Positions 9,745 to 19,369 of a DNA stretch of 64,000 nucleotides are shown piece after piece. Positions within the stretch are counted from its first letter, which is position 1. The number at the start of each line of letters is the position of its first letter. The DNA lies in assembly GCA_029564175.1 (NCBI GenBank), contig JAKQQL010000192.1, forward strand, positions 8,753 through 72,752, read 5' to 3'. The translations under genes and the position numbers were made by a program. The stretch comes from Candidatus Cloacimonadota bacterium (GTDB lineage Bacteria; Cloacimonadota; Cloacimonadia; Cloacimonadales; WRIO01). The notes under the pieces are model-generated. The model was not told the origin of the DNA. It did not search any database and saw only the letters and a list, made by a program, of their open reading frames with translations.

Positions 9745-10590
9745 ATGCGGGATATTGATTTAAGACAGGTAAAGGAACTGGTTAAGAAAGCTTTTATTGA
9801 AGCGAATTATCATCTGAATCATGATGTCAGAGACGCTTTAGATAAAGCCTGTCTTTCAGAATCAAATCCAAAAGGAAAAGAAGTTCTACAAATTCTGACA
9901 GAAAATTATAAAATCGCTGATGAAGGAAATTTCCCCTTATGTCAGGATACCGGAGTGGCTGTTATCTTCTGCGAAATTGGTCAGGATATTCATTTTACCA
10001 ATGGAGACTTGAATGAGACACTGAACAACGCAGTTGCCGAAGCATACGATAGTGGTTTTTTAAGAAAATCGATAGTTGAAAGCCCATTGTATCAGCGTAT
10101 CAATACAAGAAATAACACACCCGCTATCATTCATTACGAGATTAAAAGCGGAGATTGTCTTAACATCACCGTCATGCCCAAAGGAGGCGGTTCTGAAAAC
10201 ATGAGCTGTTTAGCGATGTTAAAACCTTCTGATGGAGAGGAAGGTTTAATCAACCTGGTAGTCAACCATATCAGACAAATCAAAGGAAACCCCTGTCCAC
10301 CTATCATTGTTGGTATAGGTATCGGAGGAAACTTTGAGACCTCTGCCCTATTGGCGAAAAAAAGTCTGATAACAGAAATTGATTCTGTTAACCCAGACCC
10401 TATACTGGCTGAACTGGAACAGAAATTAATGAATCTAATCAACGAAACAGGTATTGGACCTATGGGGCTTGGCGGTAATACGACCTGCTTAAAAGTATCT
10501 ATACTGACAAAACCATGTCATATCGCTTCTTTGCCTGTAGCGATCAATATTGAATGTCATGCACATCGCTTCAAAAAAATATCCTTCTGA
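9745..10590 (+). CDS. Class I fumarate hydratase alpha subunit (Fe-S)
   Basis: CQDTG, NTPA, PKGGGSEN, PCPP, GPMGLGG, PCHIASLPVA, CHAHR. Confidence 0.92.
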   Translation: MRDIDLRQVKELVKKAFIEANYHLNHDVRDALDKACLSESNPKGKEVLQILTENYKIADEGNFPLCQDTGVAVIFCEIGQDIHFTNGDLNETLNNAVAEAYDSGFLRKSIVESPLYQRINTRNNTPAIIHYEIKSGDCLNITVMPKGGGSENMSCLAMLKPSDGEEGLINLVVNHIRQIKGNPCPPIIVGIGIGGNFETSALLAKKSLITEIDSVNPDPILAELEQKLMNLINETGIGPMGLGGNTTCLKVSILTKPCHIASLPVAINIECHAHRFKKISF

Positions 10591-10598
10591 GGCTCATT

Positions 10599-11105
10599 AT
10601 GAAAACAATACATATCAATACACCGGTAAATCAAAATCAGCTAAAAGACCTGCAAGCAGGTGATAAGGTGCTGATTAGCGGAACGATTTATACAGCGAGA
10701 GACGCTGCACATAAAAGAATCATTCATGCACTTGAAAATAACAATCCTCTGCCTTTTGATCTGACAAACCAGATTATTTACTATTGCGGTCCAACACCTG
10801 CAAGAGAAGAATTTCCAATTGGTTCTGCAGGGCCTACCACTTCTACCCGAATGGATGAATACACGCCCACTCTACTTGATAAAGGTGTTAAATTACTGAT
10901 TGGTAAAGGAGAAAGATCCGAACAGGTGATAGCGTCTCTTCGAAAAAATAATGCTTATTATCTGATAGCGATCGGAGGTGCAGGCGCCTATTATGCCAGC
11001 ACCATTTTATCGAGCAAGTTAATTGCATGGCCTGATTTAGGCGCAGAAGCAGTCTATCAGCTGGAAGTAAAAGATTTTATATGTTTTGTCAGCAACCAAA
11101 TGTAA
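10599..11105 (+). CDS. Class I fumarate hydratase beta subunit
   Basis: TARDAAH, GPTTSTRM, IGKG, DLGAEA; GAGG RBS before the ATG at 10599. Confidence 0.92.
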   Translation: MKTIHINTPVNQNQLKDLQAGDKVLISGTIYTARDAAHKRIIHALENNNPLPFDLTNQIIYYCGPTPAREEFPIGSAGPTTSTRMDEYTPTLLDKGVKLLIGKGERSEQVIASLRKNNAYYLIAIGGAGAYYASTILSSKLIAWPDLGAEAVYQLEVKDFICFVSNQM

Positions 11106-11137
11106 AATGATCACAAGACTCTGAAAATGAGGACTAA

Positions 11138-13279
11138 ATGAATATACAGGAAAAAGAAGATTTTATCAAAAAAGTATTTGAGCATCTGATTGATTCAGAT
11201 ACATTCAATATAAAAAATGAGTTTTCTTGCCAGCTTATTGAGTTTATGAGTGTTTTATCTGAGAATAATATCTGGCTTTTAGATAAACACTTTAATTTTA
11301 CTTATGTCAGCAAAAACATTGAAGAGCTAACCGGCCTAAGTCCTGAAGAATTTCGTCGTAATGGTGTTAGAAAAAACGTTACTCCGACAGGTTTACAGCT
11401 TGTTGTTCAAATCAAACACATCATTCAGAGTGGAGAACTATCCAGTCATAATCAGCTTCTGAAAATTGACGTCGAGCAAATTAAAAAAGATAAAGGGCGA
11501 GTATGGACAGAAGTTACTTTTCATCCATTTTACAAAGATTTTAAATATATTGGTACAATCGGATTTACCCGTAACATTGAAAGCCGAAAAAAATCAGAAA
11601 TAGAGCTGGTAAAAAACAGAAACCGCTATCTGACTTTTTTTGAATCCTCTCCCGTTTGCTTATGGGAATGTGATTTATCTTTGTTAAAAGTCTATCTGAA
11701 TTCACTACGACCTCTTATCATCGATAATTTTGAAAGCTATATGAAAGATAATCCAGAAGAAATACATTACTGTTTCAGTTTAATCACCATACAGGAAGCG
11801 AATCATACAACGCTCAGTACCTACATCACTGAAAATCAAAAAGATTTTTCAAACTGGATTAGTAAACCATGCCAAACTGATTCTGAAGCCTTATCGTTAA
11901 ACCTGCTTCATGCAATCTATAAAAACAAACTTTCATTTGAAGCGGAAGGTATTCATTATAAAAAAAACAACGAAGCGATGAATGTTAATTTAAAATGGAA
12001 TGTTGTACCTGGTTATGAAGATCTCTATAAAAAAGTCATATTTTCTGTTACTGATATCACTAATCAAAAAAAAGCAGAGCAAGCAATTCTAAAAACCCAG
12101 TCAAAACTGAAAAAAATCAATAAAAAACTGAAATCTTCTATAGAAAACGAAAAGATGCTTGCTTATGAAGCGACAATAGCAAACAATGCCAAAAACCGCT
12201 TTTTATCAACCATGAGCCATGAAATACGCACGCCCATCAATGGGATTCTGGGTATTGCACAATTACTTCAAACGACCGGTCTTAACCAGGAGCAAAACGA
12301 ATACGCAGATATAATTCTTAAATCAACCAATCATTTAGTGAATATCGTTGATAATATCTTTGAATATTCAAAAGTCATAAGCGATCAGATTCAATTATCT
12401 TCAGGTATATTCTCTCTTTACGAAACGATATTAAACTGTACAAAATCCGTTGCTTACTACGCTCATCAGAAAGGTTTAAGACTCTATTTTAAATGGAATT
12501 ATGCATCTCCTAACATGGTAGAAGGCGATGTAAATCGTATAAGACAAATTTTTCTTTATATCTTGGATAATGCTATAAAATTTACTGAAAAAGGTTCAGT
12601 TACAATCGTTTTACATCAGGCTGTAAAGCATGAAGACAATACTTATCATTTTAACTTCTCCGTTCAGGATACCGGAATCGGTTTTGAAGATAAATATGCT
12701 GATAAAATATTTGAACCTTTTTACCAAATTGACAATATGGCACACAGAAAATATAGCGGAACAGGCTTGGGACTGGCTTTAGTTCAACAATTAATTCATA
12801 TCAGTCATGGTTCAATAGTCCCCTCAAGCAAACCTGATAAAGGAACCCAATTCCATATCACGCTTCCTTTCAAAGTTTCCGATAACAGCCCATTGCTTGA
12901 GTTAAATCAAAATCTCCAATTAAAAATCCTTGTTTTTGAATATGATGATAAACAAATAGAAATAATTGATTCCTTCTTTGACAAATCAAATGTTTCCTGT
13001 ATCTTTATGAGCCCTGACAGAGTGGAAGATTATTTTGATTTTGCCAAAGACAATGACAGGAAATTTGATTTTATCATTATCCGATATTCTCAGTCATTTA
13101 AAACACTGGATATTTTGAATAATCATAGTCATACAATTTCATTAAAAAAAATCAAGATCATTCTACTCTACAGAATGTCAGACCAAATCAATATTCAGTT
13201 AACAGCAGGATTACCTATCTATGCAAAAGTCAGCCTGCCTATAGATATGATGGAGATATACCAACTGATTACATTATAA
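11138..13279 (+). CDS. Cytoplasmic PAS-PAS sensor histidine kinase with a degenerate C-terminal receiver
   Basis: H-box MSHEIRTP, N-box DNAIKFT, DTGIG, FEPF, GTGLGL; PAS/PAC segments; no TM helix. Confidence 0.88.
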   Translation: MNIQEKEDFIKKVFEHLIDSDTFNIKNEFSCQLIEFMSVLSENNIWLLDKHFNFTYVSKNIEELTGLSPEEFRRNGVRKNVTPTGLQLVVQIKHIIQSGELSSHNQLLKIDVEQIKKDKGRVWTEVTFHPFYKDFKYIGTIGFTRNIESRKKSEIELVKNRNRYLTFFESSPVCLWECDLSLLKVYLNSLRPLIIDNFESYMKDNPEEIHYCFSLITIQEANHTTLSTYITENQKDFSNWISKPCQTDSEALSLNLLHAIYKNKLSFEAEGIHYKKNNEAMNVNLKWNVVPGYEDLYKKVIFSVTDITNQKKAEQAILKTQSKLKKINKKLKSSIENEKMLAYEATIANNAKNRFLSTMSHEIRTPINGILGIAQLLQTTGLNQEQNEYADIILKSTNHLVNIVDNIFEYSKVISDQIQLSSGIFSLYETILNCTKSVAYYAHQKGLRLYFKWNYASPNMVEGDVNRIRQIFLYILDNAIKFTEKGSVTIVLHQAVKHEDNTYHFNFSVQDTGIGFEDKYADKIFEPFYQIDNMAHRKYSGTGLGLALVQQLIHISHGSIVPSSKPDKGTQFHITLPFKVSDNSPLLELNQNLQLKILVFEYDDKQIEIIDSFFDKSNVSCIFMSPDRVEDYFDFAKDNDRKFDFIIIRYSQSFKTLDILNNHSHTISLKKIKIILLYRMSDQINIQLTAGLPIYAKVSLPIDMMEIYQLITL

Positions 13280-13290
13280 AAGAGGGATTT

Positions 13291-15858
13291 ATGAAAATAG
13301 CAAGTATCATTTTAATTTTATGTATTTTTTTATCGTTATCTGCAGAGAACATCAGTATGAATGTCACAGAGTTACTCCAACACCCTGAATTAGACATCGC
13401 ACTTGATTCCATCAATATGACCCGAAAAGACTTAACATTTAACTTATACAAAAACGAAAAAGATGCTTTTAGATTGTCCTATATTGATGATCTGTTTAAA
13501 AATCCCCTTCAAAGCTTTAGTCTGGCTGATTCTGTTTCTCATAAACTTTGGTTTGCTCAAGAGATTGTTAAAAAAGATCTGAATCTGTCAAACCTGTTAG
13601 AAACAGCTTTTCAAATGACTGAAATATCATTTCAGACAAACCCGCCTGAAATACGGATAAACCTAAGCAAAAAACAAAAAAAACAAATTTCAAAACTAAG
13701 TAATTGCCACCAGCAAGTTATCCATCAAATTCTATTGATAAAATCGGTTCAAAATGAATTTTACAAGGCATTTTCTTCTCTTTCTCCGGAAGATATAAAA
13801 AATATTAAAGACTATTTTAATAATGAAAATCAGGAATCTGAACCTGTTAATCATATGGATTTAAAATCATTAAAAGCCTATACTGTCAAATCAAATGAAA
13901 AAACAAAACAAATATATCAGTTAATTGAAAAAATACAATTTGAACACATTGCTTCCGCTTCTTTAATGCTTCAAAACATTGTTCAAAACATTCACAGTCT
14001 CATTCAAAATTCTGAGGATACCGCGTTTAAACAGGATAAAATCGAATTACAAACTGATGAGGGTAACATTTTCATCAATCCTCCTCAAATCTGCAACCTG
14101 GATAATGCCCTTTTTGTTATTGATTATCAGAGTAACAATATCTACCAACAAACAAAGAACAATCCATTTCTGGCGGTATTAGATTATTCAGGTAATGATC
14201 GGTATGAAGGAAAAGACTATGCTCAGGGGGGTGTCTTTATGGGATTACAATACTTTATAGATTTTTCTGGTGATGATTTCTATACGGCCGCTAGTAATGC
14301 TCAGGGTGCAGCATGTCTGGGAGCAGGATTACTGCTTGATTTATCAGGTAATGATTATTATAATGCAGAAAATCTTGTGCAAGGAGCAGGAAAACTGGGA
14401 ATTGGCATTCTTTATGATACAGATGGAAACGATCAGTATTATTGTTCACTTTACGGACAAGGTTTTGGTTATACCAAAGGTTTTGGGACATTATCAGATT
14501 TATCAGGAAATGATACTTATATTGTAAAAAAAAGCCATGTGGACTGGCTTCGATACGACAGTCATTATGAAAGTTTATCTCAGGGCTGTGGTCTTGGAAT
14601 CAGGCCTTATTATTCTGGTGGCTGTGGTATTTTAGCTGATCAAAACGGCAGTGATACTTATATTTCTGATATTTATGGACAGGGTACCGCATACTGGTAT
14701 GCGTTTGGCGCTTTAGTAGATAAAAAAGGACACGATCAGTACATATCACATCAGTATGCTCAGGGTTCTGGTGTTCATCTGGCTTTTGCGGTGTTGATTG
14801 ACAGTCAGGGTGATGATTTGTATAAATCTCATGGCGTATCTCAGGGTTGTGGTCATGATTTGGCATTTGGAGGTCTAATGGACATCAAAGGAAATGATAA
14901 TTATGTCTGTTACGATCTTTCACAGGGTGGTGGAAATGCCAATGCAATCAGCTTTTTTATGGATTATTCAGGTAATGATGGATATATTGCCAAAAAAGAC
15001 AATGTCATGGGATATTCCGATATGAGAAGAAGCTTTGGTTACATAGGCATCTTTCTTGACCTTAACGGTGATGATCAGTATGGTTCACCAATTGGCACAA
15101 ATAACAAAACCTGGATGCACTCTTACTATGGTGTTGGACTGGATAAACAAAGTCTGAATAATTCTGAACAGCAAAACATGACTGATCCTCCAGCTGAACA
15201 GCCTGATATTGAACTAAATGACAATATTGAAGACCTTTTTCTTTATGCTTCTGCCCAGGCACAAGCCCTGGCACACATGGTTCAACCTGCCCGTAACAAA
15301 TTGATTGAGATGGGGGAAAAAAGTATCCCTTATTTACTTAATCAGTTAAACACTGAATTAATTAGAGAACAACTGGCTTTAACTGAAACTTTACCTAAAA
15401 TGGGTAAAATTGTCTATCCATACTTTGAAGAAACATTAAAAGATACAACAAAAACTTCCTTTGTAATCAGTTTAATTGGATTAAGCAAAGACTCTACCGC
15501 TTTTTATCTGATTGAACCTTTTTTAGTTTCAGATAATCCATTTAAATATCAGGCAATTAAAGCATCAGGTGAGCTTAGAAATTCAAAAGCGCTTCCCTGT
15601 TTGATTCAAAGTCTAAAAGACCCTTCTGTCTCAATCAGACGTGAATCATGTATTGCACTCCAAAAAATTTCAGATATTCAAGCTCTACAGAACCTTGTTA
15701 ACTGTCTAGATGACGAATATCAGGAAGTCAGATACTCTGCAGAAATTGCAATTAAAAATATAAATCCTCTACCTGTAAAAGATTTAAAAAAAGTATATGC
15801 CAGCTGCTCTGATCGTCAAAAAAAACATCTGGACAGATTATTAAAATACCAGTTCTAA
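13291..15858 (+). CDS. Secreted protein with tandem DxxGxDxY repeats and C-terminal HEAT repeats
   Basis: Signal peptide; 11 DxxGxDxY motifs at about 26-aa period; LIQSLKDPSVSIRRE and LVNCLDDEYQEVRYSA HEAT units. Confidence 0.75.
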   Translation: MKIASIILILCIFLSLSAENISMNVTELLQHPELDIALDSINMTRKDLTFNLYKNEKDAFRLSYIDDLFKNPLQSFSLADSVSHKLWFAQEIVKKDLNLSNLLETAFQMTEISFQTNPPEIRINLSKKQKKQISKLSNCHQQVIHQILLIKSVQNEFYKAFSSLSPEDIKNIKDYFNNENQESEPVNHMDLKSLKAYTVKSNEKTKQIYQLIEKIQFEHIASASLMLQNIVQNIHSLIQNSEDTAFKQDKIELQTDEGNIFINPPQICNLDNALFVIDYQSNNIYQQTKNNPFLAVLDYSGNDRYEGKDYAQGGVFMGLQYFIDFSGDDFYTAASNAQGAACLGAGLLLDLSGNDYYNAENLVQGAGKLGIGILYDTDGNDQYYCSLYGQGFGYTKGFGTLSDLSGNDTYIVKKSHVDWLRYDSHYESLSQGCGLGIRPYYSGGCGILADQNGSDTYISDIYGQGTAYWYAFGALVDKKGHDQYISHQYAQGSGVHLAFAVLIDSQGDDLYKSHGVSQGCGHDLAFGGLMDIKGNDNYVCYDLSQGGGNANAISFFMDYSGNDGYIAKKDNVMGYSDMRRSFGYIGIFLDLNGDDQYGSPIGTNNKTWMHSYYGVGLDKQSLNNSEQQNMTDPPAEQPDIELNDNIEDLFLYASAQAQALAHMVQPARNKLIEMGEKSIPYLLNQLNTELIREQLALTETLPKMGKIVYPYFEETLKDTTKTSFVISLIGLSKDSTAFYLIEPFLVSDNPFKYQAIKASGELRNSKALPCLIQSLKDPSVSIRRESCIALQKISDIQALQNLVNCLDDEYQEVRYSAEIAIKNINPLPVKDLKKVYASCSDRQKKHLDRLLKYQF

Positions 15859-15922
15859 AAACTGCTTGCCAAGATTGACTTTATATTTTAGAATGACTCA
15901 AAATCAAATAAAAGGAGTAAAT

Positions 15923-17389
15923 ATGTCTATTCAAACTCTCAGCGATAACGCAATCATGCGTTTTTATGATATATGTAATATACCACATGGTTCCGGTAAT
16001 GAAAAAGAAATCGGTCAATGGTTAATTCAGTGGGCTAAAAATCATCAGTATGATTATCAACAAGACGAAGTGGGAAATGTTATTATACAGGTACCTGGAA
16101 AGGGCACTGTAAAAAACCAAAGTCCAATCGTTCTTCAAGGTCATATGGATATGGTATGTGTAAAAGATGCTGCTTCTGATCATGATTTTTTAAAAGACCC
16201 TATTCAGACTTATATTGAAAATGGCTGGATGAAAGCAAAACATACAACTCTTGGTGCTGATAATGGGATAGCCATCGCAATGGCTATGGCTATAGCAGAA
16301 GATCAATCCTTAGATCATCCTCCTTTGGAACTCTTGTTTACCGTTGACGAAGAGAGAGGACTGACAGGTGCCAATTTCCTGAAACCAGGCACTTTAAAAG
16401 GAAAAATCCTTTTAAATCTGGATTCAGAAGAAGAAGGTGAATTTACAATTGGCTGTGCAGGAGGTAAAGATACTCATATTGAATTGCCTTTGCATTTTGT
16501 TAACTGTAAGGAATGCCGGCATATAGAGATTAATATAAGCGGTTTAACCGGCGGACATTCCGGAATGGAAATCAATCAGAACAGAGCGAATGCTATTCAG
16601 TTAATGGCTCGGCTCTTAAATCATCTCTTCGCTGTTGAAGCTTTCAGACTGGTAGATATCAAAGCCGGATTAGCACACAATGCCATCCCAAGAGATGCCT
16701 GTGCAAAAATTTCTGTTAAACCGGAGAGTTTTGATTTGATGATGAAACAATTTACAGATTTTGCCAATGTACTCATTAAAGAATTCCAGGAAACTGAAAA
16801 AAATATGAGTATTTCATTTGATGAACCTGTTTGCGCTTGCTCTGAAAATAACAATCAATGCGACTGTACAGTAATCGACGAACAAGATACCTGTAAAATT
16901 ATACAATTACTCATGGCTCTCCCCCATGGCGTTGCTTTCTTATCTCCTTCAAATCCGGAACTGGTTGAAACTTCAAACAATCTTGCAATCGTTAAAATTG
17001 AAAATCAGAAACTGCTCATTCTGAACAGCCAGCGCAGTTCTTCAGCTTCCAGAAATGATTACATCACCCAAAAAATTGAAAGCGTTGCCAGACTGGCAGG
17101 TGCAAAAGTTGAATCAGGAAATGGATATCCTTCATGGCAACCAAACTGGAATTCACCTCTGTTAAAAAAATGCGAAGAAGTCTATGAACGATTAAATCAG
17201 GTTAAACCTAAAATCAATGTCATTCACGCTGGACTCGAATGTGGAATTATTGGCGCAAAACACGAAGGTATGGATATGATTTCTATGGGACCTAACATCA
17301 GAACCCCCCATAGTCCTGAAGAACGTATGGAAATGATTTCTGTTGAAAAAACAATGCATTTTCTAACTGAATTATTAAAATCATTTTAA
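15923..17389 (+). CDS. pepD: Aminoacyl-histidine dipeptidase (M20C)
   Basis: LQGHMDMV, TTLGADNG, TVDEERG, NLDSEE, GGHSG, HAGLECG, HSPEE; AAGGAG RBS before the ATG at 15923. Confidence 0.93.
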   Translation: MSIQTLSDNAIMRFYDICNIPHGSGNEKEIGQWLIQWAKNHQYDYQQDEVGNVIIQVPGKGTVKNQSPIVLQGHMDMVCVKDAASDHDFLKDPIQTYIENGWMKAKHTTLGADNGIAIAMAMAIAEDQSLDHPPLELLFTVDEERGLTGANFLKPGTLKGKILLNLDSEEEGEFTIGCAGGKDTHIELPLHFVNCKECRHIEINISGLTGGHSGMEINQNRANAIQLMARLLNHLFAVEAFRLVDIKAGLAHNAIPRDACAKISVKPESFDLMMKQFTDFANVLIKEFQETEKNMSISFDEPVCACSENNNQCDCTVIDEQDTCKIIQLLMALPHGVAFLSPSNPELVETSNNLAIVKIENQKLLILNSQRSSSASRNDYITQKIESVARLAGAKVESGNGYPSWQPNWNSPLLKKCEEVYERLNQVKPKINVIHAGLECGIIGAKHEGMDMISMGPNIRTPHSPEERMEMISVEKTMHFLTELLKSF

Positions 17390-17428
17390 TTTGGAACATA
17401 ATTTCAAAAAATAGTTTTTTATTGAAGA

Positions 17429-17460
17429 CCTGGCTTCCGACAAACACACGGTAAGCCAGG
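17429..17460 (+). other. Intergenic stem-loop between pepD and dacB
   Basis: CCTGGCTT-CCG...CGG-T-AAGCCAGG; no clear U-tract. Confidence 0.45.
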
Positions 17461-17484
17461 ATGTTCTACCAGTAAAGGAGACAG

Positions 17485-19038
17485 ATGAATAATAAAAGAT
17501 TGTTTAAAGAACTGACCATCGCTTCAATGATCAGTTTTGGAATTATTAGTGCCTTTTTATTATTCAATCCTTTTAAACAAAATCTTGTTGCCAATCAATC
17601 TGAAGACCCTGCTGTTGAAAAACTGATTCAAGATATTGATAGTTTAGTAACCCATTACGAATCTAATCATTATACATTTGGAATCAGAGTAACCTCTACT
17701 CAGAATAATGAAACTTTATACAGTAAAAACGAAGATATGCCTTTTGTACCCGCTTCAAATCTAAAATTATTCCCATCTGCAGTTGCCCTGGAAACCTTAG
17801 GACCCAGTTTTAAATGGAAAACGCAAATTTATGCAGACGGACAAGTTCTGAACGGTGTTCTAAATGGTGATTTAGTAATTAAAACAGAAGGAGATCCTTC
17901 AATCAGTGAAAACTATCTTAACAGTACGATTGATCAACTATTTAAACACTGGGCATTAGAAATCAAAAAACAAGGTATTACTGTTGTTAAAGGAAATGTA
18001 GTGATGGATCATTCGGCTTTTAATAATACCGTCATTGGTAAAGGCTGGAAATCTGATTATGAGCAATCTCATTATGCAGCTCCTCCCTCTGCATTTTCAA
18101 TCAATGAAAATTACGTTACAATCAGAGTAAGTGGTGCCAGAAAAAATGGCAAATCACCTGTAGTAAGTGTTTATCCATATAATGGCAGTGTAAAAATTAT
18201 CAATAAAGCAGTAACCGCAAAAGTCAGAAAAAATTCAATATCCGTCAGAAGAGATGCAAATGAAAATATCATTTATGTTTATGGAAAAATCAGAAAAAAC
18301 AAAGTAATCCATTCATCAATCAACCTGCCAAAACCTGCAGATTACGCCTCAGCAATGTTGTTTTCTGCACTGATTAAAAATAAAATAATGATAAAAGGGA
18401 AATTAATAACATCAGATTCTCCTTACCCTACAGATAAGCTTCATTCTATTTATACCTACGAATCACCTGAATTAAGCCATTTGTTGAAAAGAATAAACAA
18501 AAATAGTAATAATTTCATGGCTAACCAGATGTTTTTAACTCTTGGTTATAAAATCAAACAAGATGCAAAACAGTCAGAAACTATTGTTAAATCATTTCTT
18601 GAAGATAAACAGATCAATACAAGTCAGCTGGTATTAGATGATGGTAGTGGCCTCTCCCCTCTTGATCAAACAACTCCACGTCAGTTTTCTGATTTATTGC
18701 AATATATGAGTCAATCTCCTGTTTTTAATGATTTTTATGATAGCTTTCCTGTAGCCGGAATTGATGGTACATTAAAAAATGTCATGAAATATGAGCCTTT
18801 ATATAAAAATGTAAGAGGTAAAACCGGTACAATTAATGAGGTTAAATCCCTCTGTGGTTATATTCATACCCGTGATAATGAAATGCTGACCTTTACAATA
18901 CTGGCTAATGATATTAAAGCAAACCGCTATAAGATTTATCAGTTTAACAACGAATTCCTAACTATTTTAGGTAACTTTTCACGAAACATGAAATCAAATA
19001 CAGTCATGGTACAAAGTGATTCTGTTAAGTTTAATTAA
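17485..19038 (+). CDS. dacB: D-Ala-D-Ala carboxypeptidase/endopeptidase PBP4 (S13)
   Basis: PASNLK (SxxK), SNN, DGSGLS, GKTGT; N-terminal TM/signal. Confidence 0.93.
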   Translation: MNNKRLFKELTIASMISFGIISAFLLFNPFKQNLVANQSEDPAVEKLIQDIDSLVTHYESNHYTFGIRVTSTQNNETLYSKNEDMPFVPASNLKLFPSAVALETLGPSFKWKTQIYADGQVLNGVLNGDLVIKTEGDPSISENYLNSTIDQLFKHWALEIKKQGITVVKGNVVMDHSAFNNTVIGKGWKSDYEQSHYAAPPSAFSINENYVTIRVSGARKNGKSPVVSVYPYNGSVKIINKAVTAKVRKNSISVRRDANENIIYVYGKIRKNKVIHSSINLPKPADYASAMLFSALIKNKIMIKGKLITSDSPYPTDKLHSIYTYESPELSHLLKRINKNSNNFMANQMFLTLGYKIKQDAKQSETIVKSFLEDKQINTSQLVLDDGSGLSPLDQTTPRQFSDLLQYMSQSPVFNDFYDSFPVAGIDGTLKNVMKYEPLYKNVRGKTGTINEVKSLCGYIHTRDNEMLTFTILANDIKANRYKIYQFNNEFLTILGNFSRNMKSNTVMVQSDSVKFN

Positions 19039-19068
19039 TAATTTTATTATGCCTTATTTAAAAAGAAG

Positions 19069-19174
19069 TTATACACATTTCATCCACTTTTGTGAATATT
19101 TTTATTTTCTCTTATTTTATTATACTTCAATCAGTTACGGATTCATTCATTACAAACGGTCAATTTTATCCACA
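19069..19174. promoter_or_regulatory. DnaA-box cluster upstream of dnaA (oriC1 / autoregulation)
   Basis: TTATACACA 19069-77, TCATCCACT 19080-88, TGTGAATAT 19091-99, TTATCCACA 19166-74. Confidence 0.8.
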
Positions 19175-19185
19175 TTGATCAGGTC

Positions 19186-19213
19186 TTGACAAATATTAAC
19201 CAAAGATTATTTT
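19186..19213 (+). promoter_or_regulatory. Putative dnaA promoter
   Basis: TTGACA at 19186-91 with TATTTT 16 nt later; perfect DnaA box 11 nt upstream of the -35. Confidence 0.45.
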
Positions 19214-19369
19214 TGATTAAAATTGGGTTTTTATGCTCAATTTGTGTCAGTTTAACATAGCGTGTCGAAGCAAATTCAGTGTTTTAATCCTGAGTTTGCT
19301 GTATCAACCAATCACTATGCAAAGATTTATTTATTTGTATATTTATCAAAGAATTAAGGGGTTCGATTT

